Shown here in pieces: positions 48,883 to 59,570 of a DNA stretch of 64,000 nt. This stretch comes from Candidatus Omnitrophota bacterium (lineage in GTDB: Bacteria > Omnitrophota > Gorgyraeia > Duberdicusellales > 4484-171). The translations under genes were made by a program, and so were the position numbers. The stretch lies in NCBI GenBank assembly GCA_043815445.1, contig JBDRIY010000054.1, forward strand, positions 527-64,526, written 5' to 3'. The first letter of the stretch is position 1. Each line of letters opens with the position of its first letter. The notes below the pieces were generated by a model. The model was given only the letters and a program-made list of their open reading frames with translations. It did not search any database and was not told where the DNA came from.

Positions 48883-48933
48883 TTAATATATAACATAAAT
48901 TTAGAAATATGTCAATGTGTAATTTACATAATC

Positions 48934-50457
48934 TCAATTCAATAAACTCTGCTTCAAAAATTGTTTTCTTATATACTTATATATTATTGCCCCATCAATA
49001 TTCTTAACTAATTTAAGTTTAAAGTTTTTATCTAAATATTCCTTAATAGATTGGGAATTTTCGTCTATTTTTCCGCTTCTTGCCCAGTCGCAATAAATAA
49101 CCCATAAGCTCTTAAATTTAAGCTTATTTATCTTATTGAACGATATTTGATATCCGCCCTCCCGCATCGGCCTTTGCCAACTGCCGTCAAGAAATCGCGG
49201 GTCAAAAAAGTAATAAAAACTCAGCTTTTTTTTCATATAAAACCCTGCTGAAGGCATAATTGATTCATTGGTAAAAGCAATTATATCCCGCTCTCCTGTA
49301 TTCTCATCTAAAAACCGCGCTATAGGCTTAATCGGCTTTTTTATGTAAGCGCCGGTATGATGTTCCAACGGCACAAACATCTTATCGGTAAAATACATAA
49401 AATTAGTTGTAAAAAGTAGTGAAATCAATACCCCTGTCAAGATTCTCCTTATTAGCGCTCCTTTCAAAGAAACTATCCCTAAAGATAAAATAATATAGAA
49501 ATAAGGGCTGAAAATGATGAAACCCCTGTCTAAATAAATAGAAAAAAAAATCTTAGAAAAAAGAAAAGCCGCGGCAATAGGAATAAAAAATAAAAATAAA
49601 CAAAACAAAAAGTTTTTTCGTAATTCTTTTTTTTTGTAAATAGCGCTAAGGACGGATAAAAAAAGTGTTCCGGCTATTAAATTTCCAACAAAATATAAGG
49701 CTGGAAAACCATTATATCCGGTTATAAAATTTTCCAGAGTAATCAGCAAAGACTTCCACTGAGGCTCGGGAATCCAAAACCCTCTCCAAATATAATAAAA
49801 TTTATCTAAAAATCGGCTTAAATAAAAACAAAATCCGAAAATAATAGTTAAAAAACAAACTATTTCCTTAAAGCGTAGTCGCGCTCTTCTAATAAATATT
49901 AAATATAAGCATTGAGATAAGAATAAAAATATATAAAAATAATTAGTATAAAGTCCAGCTATAGACGCTAGTATAAAATATATCCATAACCTAAGTTTAT
50001 CTTCCCGCATCGCCTTATAAAATAACCAGCTTGAAAGCAGGCCTAAGAATAAAACCATACTGTAATCACGAGCCTCCTGGGCGTACCAGATATGAAAAGG
50101 AGACAAGCCCATAAAAATTCCGGCGATAAAGCCTGTCTTTCTATTAAATAGGGCCTTCCCTAAAACATAAACTAAAATAACTGAAAAAAAACTAAACATT
50201 ACGGAAGGAAAACGTAAACTGAATTCTGAAATACTAAACAGTTTTACCCAAAAATGCAGAAATATCCAGTAAAGCGGAGCATTCCAAGCATACCATGGAA
50301 AACGAGCATAATCGATTGTGCCCAGCTCATCATACCACAAATCATGATAACCCAAATGATACAAGCGTAGAAAAAAGAAAAAACCAAAAATAAGGCTAAT
50401 CCCTATAATCTGTTTCTTCGCGCTTATACTTTCAAAAATCCTTTTAAAATAAGCCAT
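48934..50457 (-). CDS. GT-C-fold membrane glycosyltransferase (PMT/ArnT-like, third member)
   Basis: LWYDELGT acidic loop motif, ~12 TM helices, C-terminal soluble domain. Confidence 0.6.
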   Translation of the reverse strand: MAYFKRIFESISAKKQIIGISLIFGFFFFLRLYHLGYHDLWYDELGTIDYARFPWYAWNAPLYWIFLHFWVKLFSISEFSLRFPSVMFSFFSVILVYVLGKALFNRKTGFIAGIFMGLSPFHIWYAQEARDYSMVLFLGLLSSWLFYKAMREDKLRLWIYFILASIAGLYTNYFYIFLFLSQCLYLIFIRRARLRFKEIVCFLTIIFGFCFYLSRFLDKFYYIWRGFWIPEPQWKSLLITLENFITGYNGFPALYFVGNLIAGTLFLSVLSAIYKKKELRKNFLFCLFLFFIPIAAAFLFSKIFFSIYLDRGFIIFSPYFYIILSLGIVSLKGALIRRILTGVLISLLFTTNFMYFTDKMFVPLEHHTGAYIKKPIKPIARFLDENTGERDIIAFTNESIMPSAGFYMKKKLSFYYFFDPRFLDGSWQRPMREGGYQISFNKINKLKFKSLWVIYCDWARSGKIDENSQSIKEYLDKNFKLKLVKNIDGAIIYKYIRKQFLKQSLLN

Positions 50458-51584
50458 TACTCATTATTCTCCAACAAAGAAATAATCTTATTTTTATACT
50501 CAGAAAATGATAATGCCTGAGGGATAAAAAGTTCTTTTAAGCTGCTCTTTTCTGAATACTCAAAATTAGAAACTACCTCTATAATTTTGGACATATCTAA
50601 TTTATTACCTCTTTGAAAAATTCGCCGGACTTCAACCAACCCTCCTTTAAAAGTAAAAAACGTTTGCTTTCCAAAAGCTAAGGCCTCAGCTACGGCAATG
50701 CCAAAAGGCTCTGGACGCCTGAAAGGAAAAACACAAATATCAGCCGCGCAAATAACTTTACTGATATCATTTATATAGCCAAGAAAAAAAATATTTCTTA
50801 AGCCTTCTTTCTTGATCAATTTTTTAATTTTTCTTTTATACTTTCGGCTTTTCAAACTATTAACTGTTATATCTCCGGCAATTACTAAGGCTAAATTTTG
50901 AGATTTTTTCAAAACATCTTTTACAACTCTTATAAACTCATACTGGCCTTTTGAAGGATGGATACGGGAAATCAAAGCAATAACTTTTGCTCCAACAGGA
51001 ATATTCAGCTCTTTTTTCGCGATATCAGAATCGTATATTGTATAATTAGCCTTATCCAAAGGCTCATAAATCACTTTTACTTTATTCCTAATATTTAATT
51101 CTTCTTTTATAGCCTCTGACTGACAAATAACGGTATCGGAAAGTTTCTCAACGCACCAGCCCCGAATTCTATTTAACGGCCTATAAGGAAAAAATTCTCT
51201 GATAAACCATATATTTTTTCTGCCGGTAAGTTTAGCCACCGCGGCCGGAAAACTTAATAAAAGGCTGTTAGAACAAACTATGTTTATTTTTTTAAAAATA
51301 ACAAAAAAAGAAAAATAAAAGACATTTACAATCAAAAGAAAAGTAAGACTAAAATAATAAAACGGCGATAAGGAAAACTTTAAAATTGCTAAGGGAAATA
51401 TCTTTATACTTACCTCGGGATAAACCTCTCTTACCTCTTTCTCCAGCGGCCCGGGGTTGGGTAAAACTACAATAACTTCAAATTTATCTTTAACTACTTT
51501 AACAAAATTAACCAAGCCCCTTTCCGCTCCATAAATAAAAAAGCCTGAACTAAAAATAATTATCTTCTTTTTCATGTTAAACAT
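50457..51584 (-). CDS. GT4-family glycosyltransferase
   Basis: EPFGIAVAEALAFGKQ (E-x7-E). Confidence 0.75.
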   Translation of the reverse strand: MFNMKKKIIIFSSGFFIYGAERGLVNFVKVVKDKFEVIVVLPNPGPLEKEVREVYPEVSIKIFPLAILKFSLSPFYYFSLTFLLIVNVFYFSFFVIFKKINIVCSNSLLLSFPAAVAKLTGRKNIWFIREFFPYRPLNRIRGWCVEKLSDTVICQSEAIKEELNIRNKVKVIYEPLDKANYTIYDSDIAKKELNIPVGAKVIALISRIHPSKGQYEFIRVVKDVLKKSQNLALVIAGDITVNSLKSRKYKRKIKKLIKKEGLRNIFFLGYINDISKVICAADICVFPFRRPEPFGIAVAEALAFGKQTFFTFKGGLVEVRRIFQRGNKLDMSKIIEVVSNFEYSEKSSLKELFIPQALSFSEYKNKIISLLENNE

Positions 51585-51636
51585 CTAAATAATAGACTAT
51601 CTCGTAATGCTATCGTTTGTTTCGGGCTTTCTTTCT

Positions 51637-51738
51637 TTGTCATTTCGAACGAGCAAAGCGAAGTGAGAAATCTTTATAATTAATGGGCCGCATAGAAAGA
51701 TTTCTCGTCACTTTGTTCCTCGAAATGACATTGTATAA
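51637..51738. repeat. long imperfect palindrome: ~40-bp arms (tgtcatttcga ... gagaaatcttt) around a 16-nt loop
   Basis: Arms are reverse complements except for the middle section. Begins with the tttgtcatt word seen in other elements. Confidence 0.45.
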
Positions 51739-51752
51739 GGCTTAAAATAACA

Positions 51753-52562
51753 CTAGTGGCATAATCCATAAACTAACCGTGGTAAATCATAACATAATAC
51801 CGGGAAAATCTTTAAAGCATATTTGATAAAACCTTCATTTTTAGCTATAGAATAAAATCTATTACACCAGCAAAGATATTGCCGTAACTTTTTGCTGGTT
51901 TTAGAACTATTGCCTTTATGCCAACAGGAAATCCGCGGCATAAATAAAGCTTTATAGCCTCTTTTCTGAGCCCGCCAGGCTAAATCAACATCTTCAACTA
52001 AAAAGAAAAACCTCTGATCAAAATACCCGGTTTTCTCTTTTAACTCCTCAAGCATTTCTCTGTTATAAAAAGCTGCTGCTGAGCAGGCTCCAAAAACATA
52101 CTCAGGCTTACTAAATTTTAAACAATCTTTCTTATTCTTACCAATATCAAAGAACCTCCTGGCCCAAGAAAGGCGCAAGCCGCAAGAATAAATTGTTTTC
52201 TTATCATAATTAAAAATCTTCGGCTGTCCTATTCCTATGTCTAAAGACGCTTTGCCGATTTCCTCTACCGCCTTCAATAAAAAATCTCTCTCCAAAACCA
52301 CATCACAATCTAAAGTCAAAATCCAATCCCCTTTGCTTGCCTCTATCCCCTGATTTCTTCCCCTACAAGCGCCAAGATTTTCTTTGTTCTTAATTAAGAT
52401 AACCTTAGGGTATTTTCCGATTAAATCCGGCGTACCATCACCAGAAGCATTATCTACAACAACTACCTCAAAATTCCGATACCCCTCTTGGCTAAATACC
52501 GAATCCAAACAAGGCTTTATGAACTCTCTGCTATTATGAGTTAAAATTACTACTGAAATCAT
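51753..52562 (-). CDS. GT2-family glycosyltransferase
   Basis: MISVVILTHNSREFIKPCLDSV ... VVVVDNASGDGT. Confidence 0.75.
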   Translation of the reverse strand: MISVVILTHNSREFIKPCLDSVFSQEGYRNFEVVVVDNASGDGTPDLIGKYPKVILIKNKENLGACRGRNQGIEASKGDWILTLDCDVVLERDFLLKAVEEIGKASLDIGIGQPKIFNYDKKTIYSCGLRLSWARRFFDIGKNKKDCLKFSKPEYVFGACSAAAFYNREMLEELKEKTGYFDQRFFFLVEDVDLAWRAQKRGYKALFMPRISCWHKGNSSKTSKKLRQYLCWCNRFYSIAKNEGFIKYALKIFPVLCYDLPRLVYGLCH

Positions 52563-52840
52563 TTTTTAAATAATATTATTGCTATATAGTCCAATCTCTA
52601 AGCAAATTATTTAGTATACTTCTATTTTGTCTATTTATAATAAACAATTATACTCTGCTTTAAACTACCATCAACCTTTTTAAACTATTTGTCAAAATAA
52701 TAACGTAAAACAAAGTGCGCAAGCCAAACACCTACGAGGCGCGGATAAAAAACTTACCCTAACCGCCTCGTAGGCGGCGAAGCGGAAAATAAACACCTTG
52801 ACAAGAAAAATAACAGTTGTATACTCATTTTAGTGAGTAA

Positions 52841-53434
52841 ATGCTTGTTTTAATGAGTGGTAATATAATGACTACGAAATATCTTATTTCCAGCAACTGT
52901 CAAAAAATTTTAAAATACCTCCTTTTAAACTCCGGTAAATCTTGTTATGAACGGGAAATTGCCAGAGGATCCGGGGTTAGCTACGGATCTGCAAACCGCC
53001 TTTTAAACGACTTGTATAAAAAAAGAATTGTTGAAAGAAAAATAGAAGGAAAAATGAATTATTATACAGTAGCCTCATCAAACCCTTATCTTCAAGAATT
53101 TAAAATTCTAATCAATTTATTGCTTCTAGAGCCTTTGATTGAAAAACTTAAACCGTATACCCGTAAAATAGTACTTTTTGGCAGCTGTACCACTGGTGAG
53201 AATACACAAGAAAGTGATATAGACCTTTTTATCTTAACTACCGGAGAAGATATAGTTCGTTCGATAATCAGCAAATATTCTTATTCTCCCAAAATTGCTA
53301 ACAAGAAAATACAGGCTATAATAGAATCACCTGCTGATATGGCAAAAACAGCTAAAGAAAGCAAAGTATTTATAGAGCAAGTAAAAAAAGGGAAAATCCT
53401 TTGGGAAAGTGAAATCAATGAAGATTACCTTTAA
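52841..53434 (+). CDS. minimal nucleotidyltransferase (MNT) with N-terminal winged helix, antitoxin-type partner of HEPN
   Basis: LFGSCTTGENTQESDIDLFIL (GS-x9-11-DxD). Confidence 0.6.
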   Translation: MLVLMSGNIMTTKYLISSNCQKILKYLLLNSGKSCYEREIARGSGVSYGSANRLLNDLYKKRIVERKIEGKMNYYTVASSNPYLQEFKILINLLLLEPLIEKLKPYTRKIVLFGSCTTGENTQESDIDLFILTTGEDIVRSIISKYSYSPKIANKKIQAIIESPADMAKTAKESKVFIEQVKKGKILWESEINEDYL

Positions 53435-53900
53435 AGACTGTTTGGCCCGAAAAAGAATTTTTATTTTTGAAGCGGCAAAACATTTAACTGATCTTGAGAT
53501 TAAAGATGCCGAAGACGATTTACAATCAGCAAAACAAGAGTTTGCTAACTCCGGTTTTAAATGGGCAACCATAAAAGGCTACTACGCGATGTTTCACACT
53601 GCAAGGGCTCTTCTTTATTCCAAAGGATATAGAGAACGCGGCCATTACTGTCTTTATTTAGCAACAAAAGAACTTTTCGTGAAAGACGGCGCCCTTGAAA
53701 ATAATTTAGCCGAAGCCTTCCAACAATCTATGATTTTGCGTGAAGACGCTGACTATAAACGAAACTTCTCAAAAAAGAATGCCTCAGCCGTAATTAAAAA
53801 CGCGAAAAAGCTCCTTAAAGCGGCAAAAGCTATTTTAAAAATAAATAATAAAAAGAAACAGACATTAAAAAAGAAAAAAATCTCTCCTTCCAATCAGTAG
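53409..53900 (+). CDS. HEPN-domain protein (toxin-type partner of MNT)
   Basis: Helical. FHTARALLYSKGYRERGHY R-x-H-type region. 26-nt overlap with the MNT gene. Confidence 0.5.
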   Translation: MKSMKITFKDCLARKRIFIFEAAKHLTDLEIKDAEDDLQSAKQEFANSGFKWATIKGYYAMFHTARALLYSKGYRERGHYCLYLATKELFVKDGALENNLAEAFQQSMILREDADYKRNFSKKNASAVIKNAKKLLKAAKAILKINNKKKQTLKKKKISPSNQ

Positions 53901-53925
53901 ATAAATCCTTATAAACTCTCTACTA

Positions 53926-55281
53926 TTATGCGTTAAAATTATTATCGAGAACAATTCTTATCCTCTCTAATTCACCACTGCTTAAATCTGGTGTTTGGAC
54001 AACACACTTATAATTACCGTCATAACTCTGCCAATCTTCTGAGATGAGCTCTCCTCTATTCTTTAAATATTCAAAATATTCTGTTCCCGGAAAAGGAGTA
54101 GCAAGAGAAAATTGTGATGAATCCGGTTGAACGTCTCTAATAAACTTAACTGTCCTGCGAATAGTTTGTTTTGTTTCTCCGGGTAAGCCTAAACAAAAGG
54201 TCAAATGAACCTTTATGCCAAACTGTTTAGTAAGCCTAATCGCTTGATAAGCTTTATCTAAATCCATATCTTTCCCGCAAGAATTCAATATATTCTGGTC
54301 CCCTGATTCTATTCCATATTTAACCGCGTACAGCCCGGCGCCGGACATAACTTTTAACAAAGATTTATCCATAAGGTCAACTCTGGCCATAATTGCCCAA
54401 GGTATCTTAATTTTTCTTTTTACTATCTCATTACAAATATTTAAAACATAATCTTTATTAATATTAAATACATCATCATCAAAGTATACTGCTTTAAATT
54501 TAAAATTATTAAGTAAATATTCCATTTCATCCACAACATCTACGGGATTTCTCTTTCTATATTTACGTTCTTTATAGATTGTTTGAGGCCAAAGACAAAA
54601 ATTGCATTGGAAGGGGCACCCCCGGCTGGCGCAGATTTGAACATTTGGCACAGGCAAGCCGGCAAAACCATCATTATATTTATAGATATTCATATCCTCT
54701 CTTTCCGGCCAAGGCAAACTGTCAAGGTTATCAATGGCCGGCTGCGAAAAATTGATTTTAATCTCGCCGTCTTCTCGATAAGCTAAGCCTGATACGGATT
54801 TTAAATTTATCTTCTTTTCTAAACAATTTATTAGATTCAATAAAATATATTCATATTCTCCCAATAGTATATACTTAATAATGCTATATTCTCTTAAGAT
54901 TTTTTCGGGAAATACACTGGCTTGAGGCCCGCTTAAGGCTATTTGACAGTCAGGCAAGATATCCCTAATTTTGTGAATAATTCTTAAATCATTCTTAAAC
55001 GACGGGCATGAAGTTTCCACAAGAATAAATTCCGGATTAAAACAGTAAATTTTTTTAAAAAAATTCTCCTCGCTAACGCCTTCGGCAATAGCGTCAAATA
55101 ATTTAACTGATTTCCCTTCTCTTTTCAAAACAGCCGCGGCATAAGCAAGAAAAAAGGGGAAAGGAACATAATGAATACGCCCGTCTTTTTCAGGTAAGGA
55201 GGTAAACGGCCAGCGTGAACCCGCCCTTACTCCCAAACGCTGTTCTTCTCTCCATGGAAGGTTTAATAAAAGTGCCCGCAT
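53926..55281 (-). CDS. B12-binding radical SAM enzyme (class B)
   Basis: N-terminal cobalamin-binding-like domain. ASRGCPFQCNFCLWP (CxxxCxxC). Confidence 0.8.
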   Translation of the reverse strand: MRALLLNLPWREEQRLGVRAGSRWPFTSLPEKDGRIHYVPFPFFLAYAAAVLKREGKSVKLFDAIAEGVSEENFFKKIYCFNPEFILVETSCPSFKNDLRIIHKIRDILPDCQIALSGPQASVFPEKILREYSIIKYILLGEYEYILLNLINCLEKKINLKSVSGLAYREDGEIKINFSQPAIDNLDSLPWPEREDMNIYKYNDGFAGLPVPNVQICASRGCPFQCNFCLWPQTIYKERKYRKRNPVDVVDEMEYLLNNFKFKAVYFDDDVFNINKDYVLNICNEIVKRKIKIPWAIMARVDLMDKSLLKVMSGAGLYAVKYGIESGDQNILNSCGKDMDLDKAYQAIRLTKQFGIKVHLTFCLGLPGETKQTIRRTVKFIRDVQPDSSQFSLATPFPGTEYFEYLKNRGELISEDWQSYDGNYKCVVQTPDLSSGELERIRIVLDNNFNA

Positions 55282-55282
55282 T

Positions 55283-55930
55283 TTATTTCTTAAAATCTAA
55301 ATGCCTTTCGATTTCTTCAAAAAAAACTTTTATTTGATGAATACTTTGATTTATATCTCTCAAATCACAATTCATCTGCTCAAGAATTTGACTTAATTCC
55401 TTCTTCTGATTTTGAGAGCTTCTACCAAGACTAATAAAACCATTCCTTAAAACCTCTTCGGTTTCTTTTGCCTGACTCTGAAAACTTCGGTTGAGGTTGA
55501 TAAAACCGTTCCTTAAGGTTTCTCTGATTTCTTCTGCCTGACTCCCAAGGCTGCCTAAGGCTTTTTTGGTTTCTTCTACCTGATCCTGAGAGCTTTGCTT
55601 GAGGTTGATAAAACCATTCCTTAAGGTTTCTCTGATTTCTTTAATGTTTTGAAAAAACATTTTATCAAAATCATGCATAAAAAAATTCTTAAAATCACAA
55701 AGTATCTGGCCAATATTTCCAAACATCCTAATTGCACAAGCCAATAATAATCCACCCAGTAGTATTGAAATACCCTTTATTAACGAATAAACATCGCCAA
55801 ACTTAAAAATAAAAAAATAAACGGCTATAGAAAACGCTGAAATCGCGGCTATCCACGAAAAAGCTAATAAAATAATGGTTACCGGCATTTTATCTGTCTT
55901 CATTATCACACCTCTCTTTTTTTTATTCAC
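55283..55930 (-). CDS. membrane-anchored tandem-repeat protein (three ~33 aa repeats EIRETLRNGFINL..S.Q.Q)
   Basis: N-terminal TM helix then repeats. Repeat unit homologous to those in 60301..60714. Confidence 0.45.
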   Translation of the reverse strand: MNKKKRGVIMKTDKMPVTIILLAFSWIAAISAFSIAVYFFIFKFGDVYSLIKGISILLGGLLLACAIRMFGNIGQILCDFKNFFMHDFDKMFFQNIKEIRETLRNGFINLKQSSQDQVEETKKALGSLGSQAEEIRETLRNGFINLNRSFQSQAKETEEVLRNGFISLGRSSQNQKKELSQILEQMNCDLRDINQSIHQIKVFFEEIERHLDFKK

Positions 55931-57206
55931 CCATATTTTCCGCGGAAGACTGAATCATCCGGATTGCCTCAGGATGATCAAAGGCTAAACTATTTAGCCA
56001 TTTTTTAAAATCAAAAGATAGTTTTCTTAAAAATATATTGTTAAGATTAGAATGGTTGACCTTGTAAAACCGGCTCCAATCATAACGCGATTCTGTTAAA
56101 TCTAATAATTTATCCAAAAAAATATTATCTGTTATTGAATAAACTGAAAATAATAAGTGCCTGTATAATATTTTTTTGAATTTACGGCTCACAAATTTTT
56201 CCCGAATAATTTTCCCTAAAACTAAATTTAAAGCAAAAAAATTCTGTAAAAACATATTGGCTTTGGGCATCAAGGTAACAATTTCTTTTTTCTCAAGGCT
56301 GAAACGATAAAACAAAGATAAATCTATTAAAGAAAACCAAAAAGATGAGATAGAATAATTTGGTTTTTGAATTTTTTGATAAGTGAAGTATTCTAAATCC
56401 TTTAAGGAATTATGCAGGCCTAATAAAAAATCTAAATAAAGTAACTGATGTTGATTGGAAATGATATCTTCATGTATATAGCGGTTTGCTAAACCAACAT
56501 TCTCTCTTAACTTACGAGAAAACCCTTTGGGGCTGGAATAACACCCCTTTTTTTGATGAAAAGCTAAATTCCACTTCCAATAATTATTTAAAACCGAACA
56601 AACATTATCGCGTTTTAAATGCTTGACCGTTGCCTTAGGCTCATAAACTAAACTATACCCTTTTTTCTTAAGACGCTCGCAAATATCAACATCCTCATAG
56701 TTATCCCTAAAATTTTCACTATAAACCCCAACCTCTGTTAAAGCTTGACGGCGAAAAACTGTATTAGAGCCAAATAAAAAAGGAGGAGCTGACTCTCCTT
56801 CTGCCCAATATTGTTTCATATGCACTGCGCGCCATAAATCAAATGTTGTAGAAAGATTCTTTTCTAAAAGCTTTCCTCCTGTTCCTGCTATATCTGAAGA
56901 AGTAAATCTTTTCATCAGCGTCTCCAGCCAGCCGGGCTCAGGGGCGCAATCAGCGTCTAAAGAAGCGATGTATTTAGAATCTATATTTTTTACTGCTGTA
57001 TTTCTGGCAACAGCTAAACCTCTATTATGCTTATGCCTTATAAGCTTTATCGGGTAAGGTGAAACCTTTTCAACTGTCCTGTCACTTGAATTATCATCTA
57101 CGATAACAACCTCATCAGGCTTAAGAGTTTGACTAAATACTCCTTTAAGAGTATCTTCTATATAGCTTTCAGCGTTAAAACAGGGGATATACAGACTGAT
57201 TTTCAT
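55923..57206 (-). CDS. GT2-family glycosyltransferase with C-terminal extension
   Basis: MKISLYIPCFNAESYIEDTL ... VVIVDDNSSDRT ... DADC. Confidence 0.7.
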   Translation of the reverse strand: MKISLYIPCFNAESYIEDTLKGVFSQTLKPDEVVIVDDNSSDRTVEKVSPYPIKLIRHKHNRGLAVARNTAVKNIDSKYIASLDADCAPEPGWLETLMKRFTSSDIAGTGGKLLEKNLSTTFDLWRAVHMKQYWAEGESAPPFLFGSNTVFRRQALTEVGVYSENFRDNYEDVDICERLKKKGYSLVYEPKATVKHLKRDNVCSVLNNYWKWNLAFHQKKGCYSSPKGFSRKLRENVGLANRYIHEDIISNQHQLLYLDFLLGLHNSLKDLEYFTYQKIQKPNYSISSFWFSLIDLSLFYRFSLEKKEIVTLMPKANMFLQNFFALNLVLGKIIREKFVSRKFKKILYRHLLFSVYSITDNIFLDKLLDLTESRYDWSRFYKVNHSNLNNIFLRKLSFDFKKWLNSLAFDHPEAIRMIQSSAENMGE

Positions 57207-58438
57207 TTCAATTTAGCTATTTCCTTATTCAACCTTTTCTTTAATAAGCTAATTTCTTCAAGAGATTTCTCAATTTGACCTTTATTGTTTATATTTCTAA
57301 CACTCATTTTTCTTTGAACATTTTTAAATATCCTATTAAAAATATTTCTAAACGAACCTCGGTAAGAATTATAAAACTTGCACCTTAATTTTAATTGCAC
57401 AGTTCTTTTTCTTAAATACCGTGTAAGTTTATCAATTAACTTTTGAGCGGAAATATTTTTTATTTTTCTGAATAAATTAAGAAAATACTTCTCTTCTCTA
57501 TTTTGGCCAAACACACCGTCATAACAACTCATCATACAGCTGCGGCACCCTTCATCAACTATTAACTCTCTTATGCCGCTATGTTCTCTTGAATACCATA
57601 ATTCAAAAAAGCTATTTTTCCCCACATTACCAATCTGTTTCTTCTTATCTATAATAGCCCAGCAGGGAAAAATATCACCGCAGGCGTTTATAGGGCAAGA
57701 AGTCCAAAGAGCGTTACAGCCATTTCGAAAAGCTATTTTTTTACCGCTTAGGTAAAAAGGAATAGCTCTAAGATAATTTGTGGGGTTGGTGGAAATTTTA
57801 TATTTTTTACTTAATTCAATAACTTTTTCAAATATTGCCTCTACTTTTTTTATCTGTTTCTTATTTATAAAAAAACTGCTCTTTAAAGATTCATTATCCA
57901 TAAAAATTACGCTAAAAGGTTGAAATCTTATAGTGCTTGCCCCGTATTTTTTTGCTAATTCTACAATATAAGGCATAGAGTTGTAATTATGTTTTGATAC
58001 CATAACCGCTATGGTAGATTCAACCCCATATTTCCTTAAATTTTCTAAAGCCTTAACTGCTCTTTTAAAGGTTCCTTGCCCTCTTAAATAATTATGAATT
58101 TCTTCAGGCCCCTCTAAAGAAACATTAACCACATTAACCCCTGACGCGGCAAGCTTACCAGCGGCTTTTTCATCTAATAAATAACCGTTAGAAGTAAGGC
58201 AGGCATTCATCCGGTTATCTTTTGCCGCCGTAATAAGCTCAAATATGTCCTCTCTTAATAAAGGCTCCCCGCCGCTGAATACTATAGTTTCCGCGCCGAT
58301 TAAAGAAGCTTCCTCAATAACCTGCTTCCATTGAAAAGTATCCAGTTCCTCCATAAGATTAACCGGAATATCACACATCTTACATTTTAAATTACAACGG
58401 TTAGTTATTGATATAATAACTTCTTTTAGCCTAAGCAT
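57203..58438 (-). CDS. radical SAM / SPASM-domain enzyme
   Basis: CNLKCKMC, GGEPLL, C-terminal CNALWTSCPINACGDIFPCW. Confidence 0.8.
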   Translation of the reverse strand: MLRLKEVIISITNRCNLKCKMCDIPVNLMEELDTFQWKQVIEEASLIGAETIVFSGGEPLLREDIFELITAAKDNRMNACLTSNGYLLDEKAAGKLAASGVNVVNVSLEGPEEIHNYLRGQGTFKRAVKALENLRKYGVESTIAVMVSKHNYNSMPYIVELAKKYGASTIRFQPFSVIFMDNESLKSSFFINKKQIKKVEAIFEKVIELSKKYKISTNPTNYLRAIPFYLSGKKIAFRNGCNALWTSCPINACGDIFPCWAIIDKKKQIGNVGKNSFFELWYSREHSGIRELIVDEGCRSCMMSCYDGVFGQNREEKYFLNLFRKIKNISAQKLIDKLTRYLRKRTVQLKLRCKFYNSYRGSFRNIFNRIFKNVQRKMSVRNINNKGQIEKSLEEISLLKKRLNKEIAKLK

Positions 58439-59570
58439 CCTTGTAACCCTTTACCTTATCTTCATATCTCTCTAATATCTTCAAAGCCTGTTTTAAAAAT
58501 TCACCTTTATCTTTATTGTTTTTTACACTGTCTATAAAATTATCTATTATCTCGGGCAAAGAATCAGACTCGGGATGAGCCCAGCAAGTTTGTAGGCAGG
58601 GCTTAGGGCAAGACTTCATTAGTTTTCTGGCCTTAAACGCTTCTTCCGTGTTTAAACAACTTTTCATATCCATTTCTTTTATATTACCGAAGCTGGCCCC
58701 GCAGCTTCTCATTTCAGCGTCAGGGCCTACATTTATAAAGGCAAAAGGGTTACACTTCCAATCCTTTTTAGTCAAGTTTCCTCTAAAATATTTAATCCAA
58801 AGATAAGGATTATGCAAAAAAGCTACCAGCCCATTCTTTCTTTTATAAGCAATGATTTTATCAATTTGTTTCTCTAAAAATTTTAACCCCTCTTCCTTTA
58901 TCCAAAAAGGCGCGCTGGAAGAGGTATTTTGCATATCAGCCTGAGCTACGATTACCGGATGATAAACAAGACACTCTACCCCTAAATCTCTAACCAAATA
59001 AATAATATCAGATAGCTCATCCATGTTTTCCTTCATTATTGTCGTCCAAACTGATATTTGAGGCCCAGACTTTATCTTTTGTTTTACCTCTACAAGATTT
59101 TTGATGGCCTTTACAGCTTTTTTAAAACTTCCTTTTTCTCTTATAAAATCATGGGTATCCTCTTTTGCTCCATCTAAAGAAATAGCGATATTTCCTAATC
59201 CCGACGAAATAATCTTAAAAGCTAATTCTTCATTTATTAACGCTCCGTTAGAAACCGCCTCAGTTTCTATCCCTTTGATGACAGAAGAATTTATTATTTC
59301 AAAAATATCTTTCCGCAAAAAAGGCTCTCCTCCAGTAATAACTACTGTGCGATTACGCGGCCACAGAGCAATCTGCTCAAAAGCTCTTTCCAATACCTCT
59401 TTAGACAATTCATAACCCTTTAAAGTTTTAACAACCATACACATTCGGCAATTATAAGTGCAGTTATGGCTTAAGCTAATATACACCCATCGAGGCTGAA
59501 CCAGCGGCTGTTCCAAAACCTCGGAAAAATGATAAGCCAAATTAACCTCAAATTCCTTAAGATAATTCAT
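58431..59570 (-). CDS. radical SAM / SPASM-domain enzyme
   Basis: CTYNCRMC, GGEPFL, C-terminal CGASFG ... CPKPCLQTCW. Confidence 0.8.
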   Translation of the reverse strand: MNYLKEFEVNLAYHFSEVLEQPLVQPRWVYISLSHNCTYNCRMCMVVKTLKGYELSKEVLERAFEQIALWPRNRTVVITGGEPFLRKDIFEIINSSVIKGIETEAVSNGALINEELAFKIISSGLGNIAISLDGAKEDTHDFIREKGSFKKAVKAIKNLVEVKQKIKSGPQISVWTTIMKENMDELSDIIYLVRDLGVECLVYHPVIVAQADMQNTSSSAPFWIKEEGLKFLEKQIDKIIAYKRKNGLVAFLHNPYLWIKYFRGNLTKKDWKCNPFAFINVGPDAEMRSCGASFGNIKEMDMKSCLNTEEAFKARKLMKSCPKPCLQTCWAHPESDSLPEIIDNFIDSVKNNKDKGEFLKQALKILERYEDKVKGYKDA

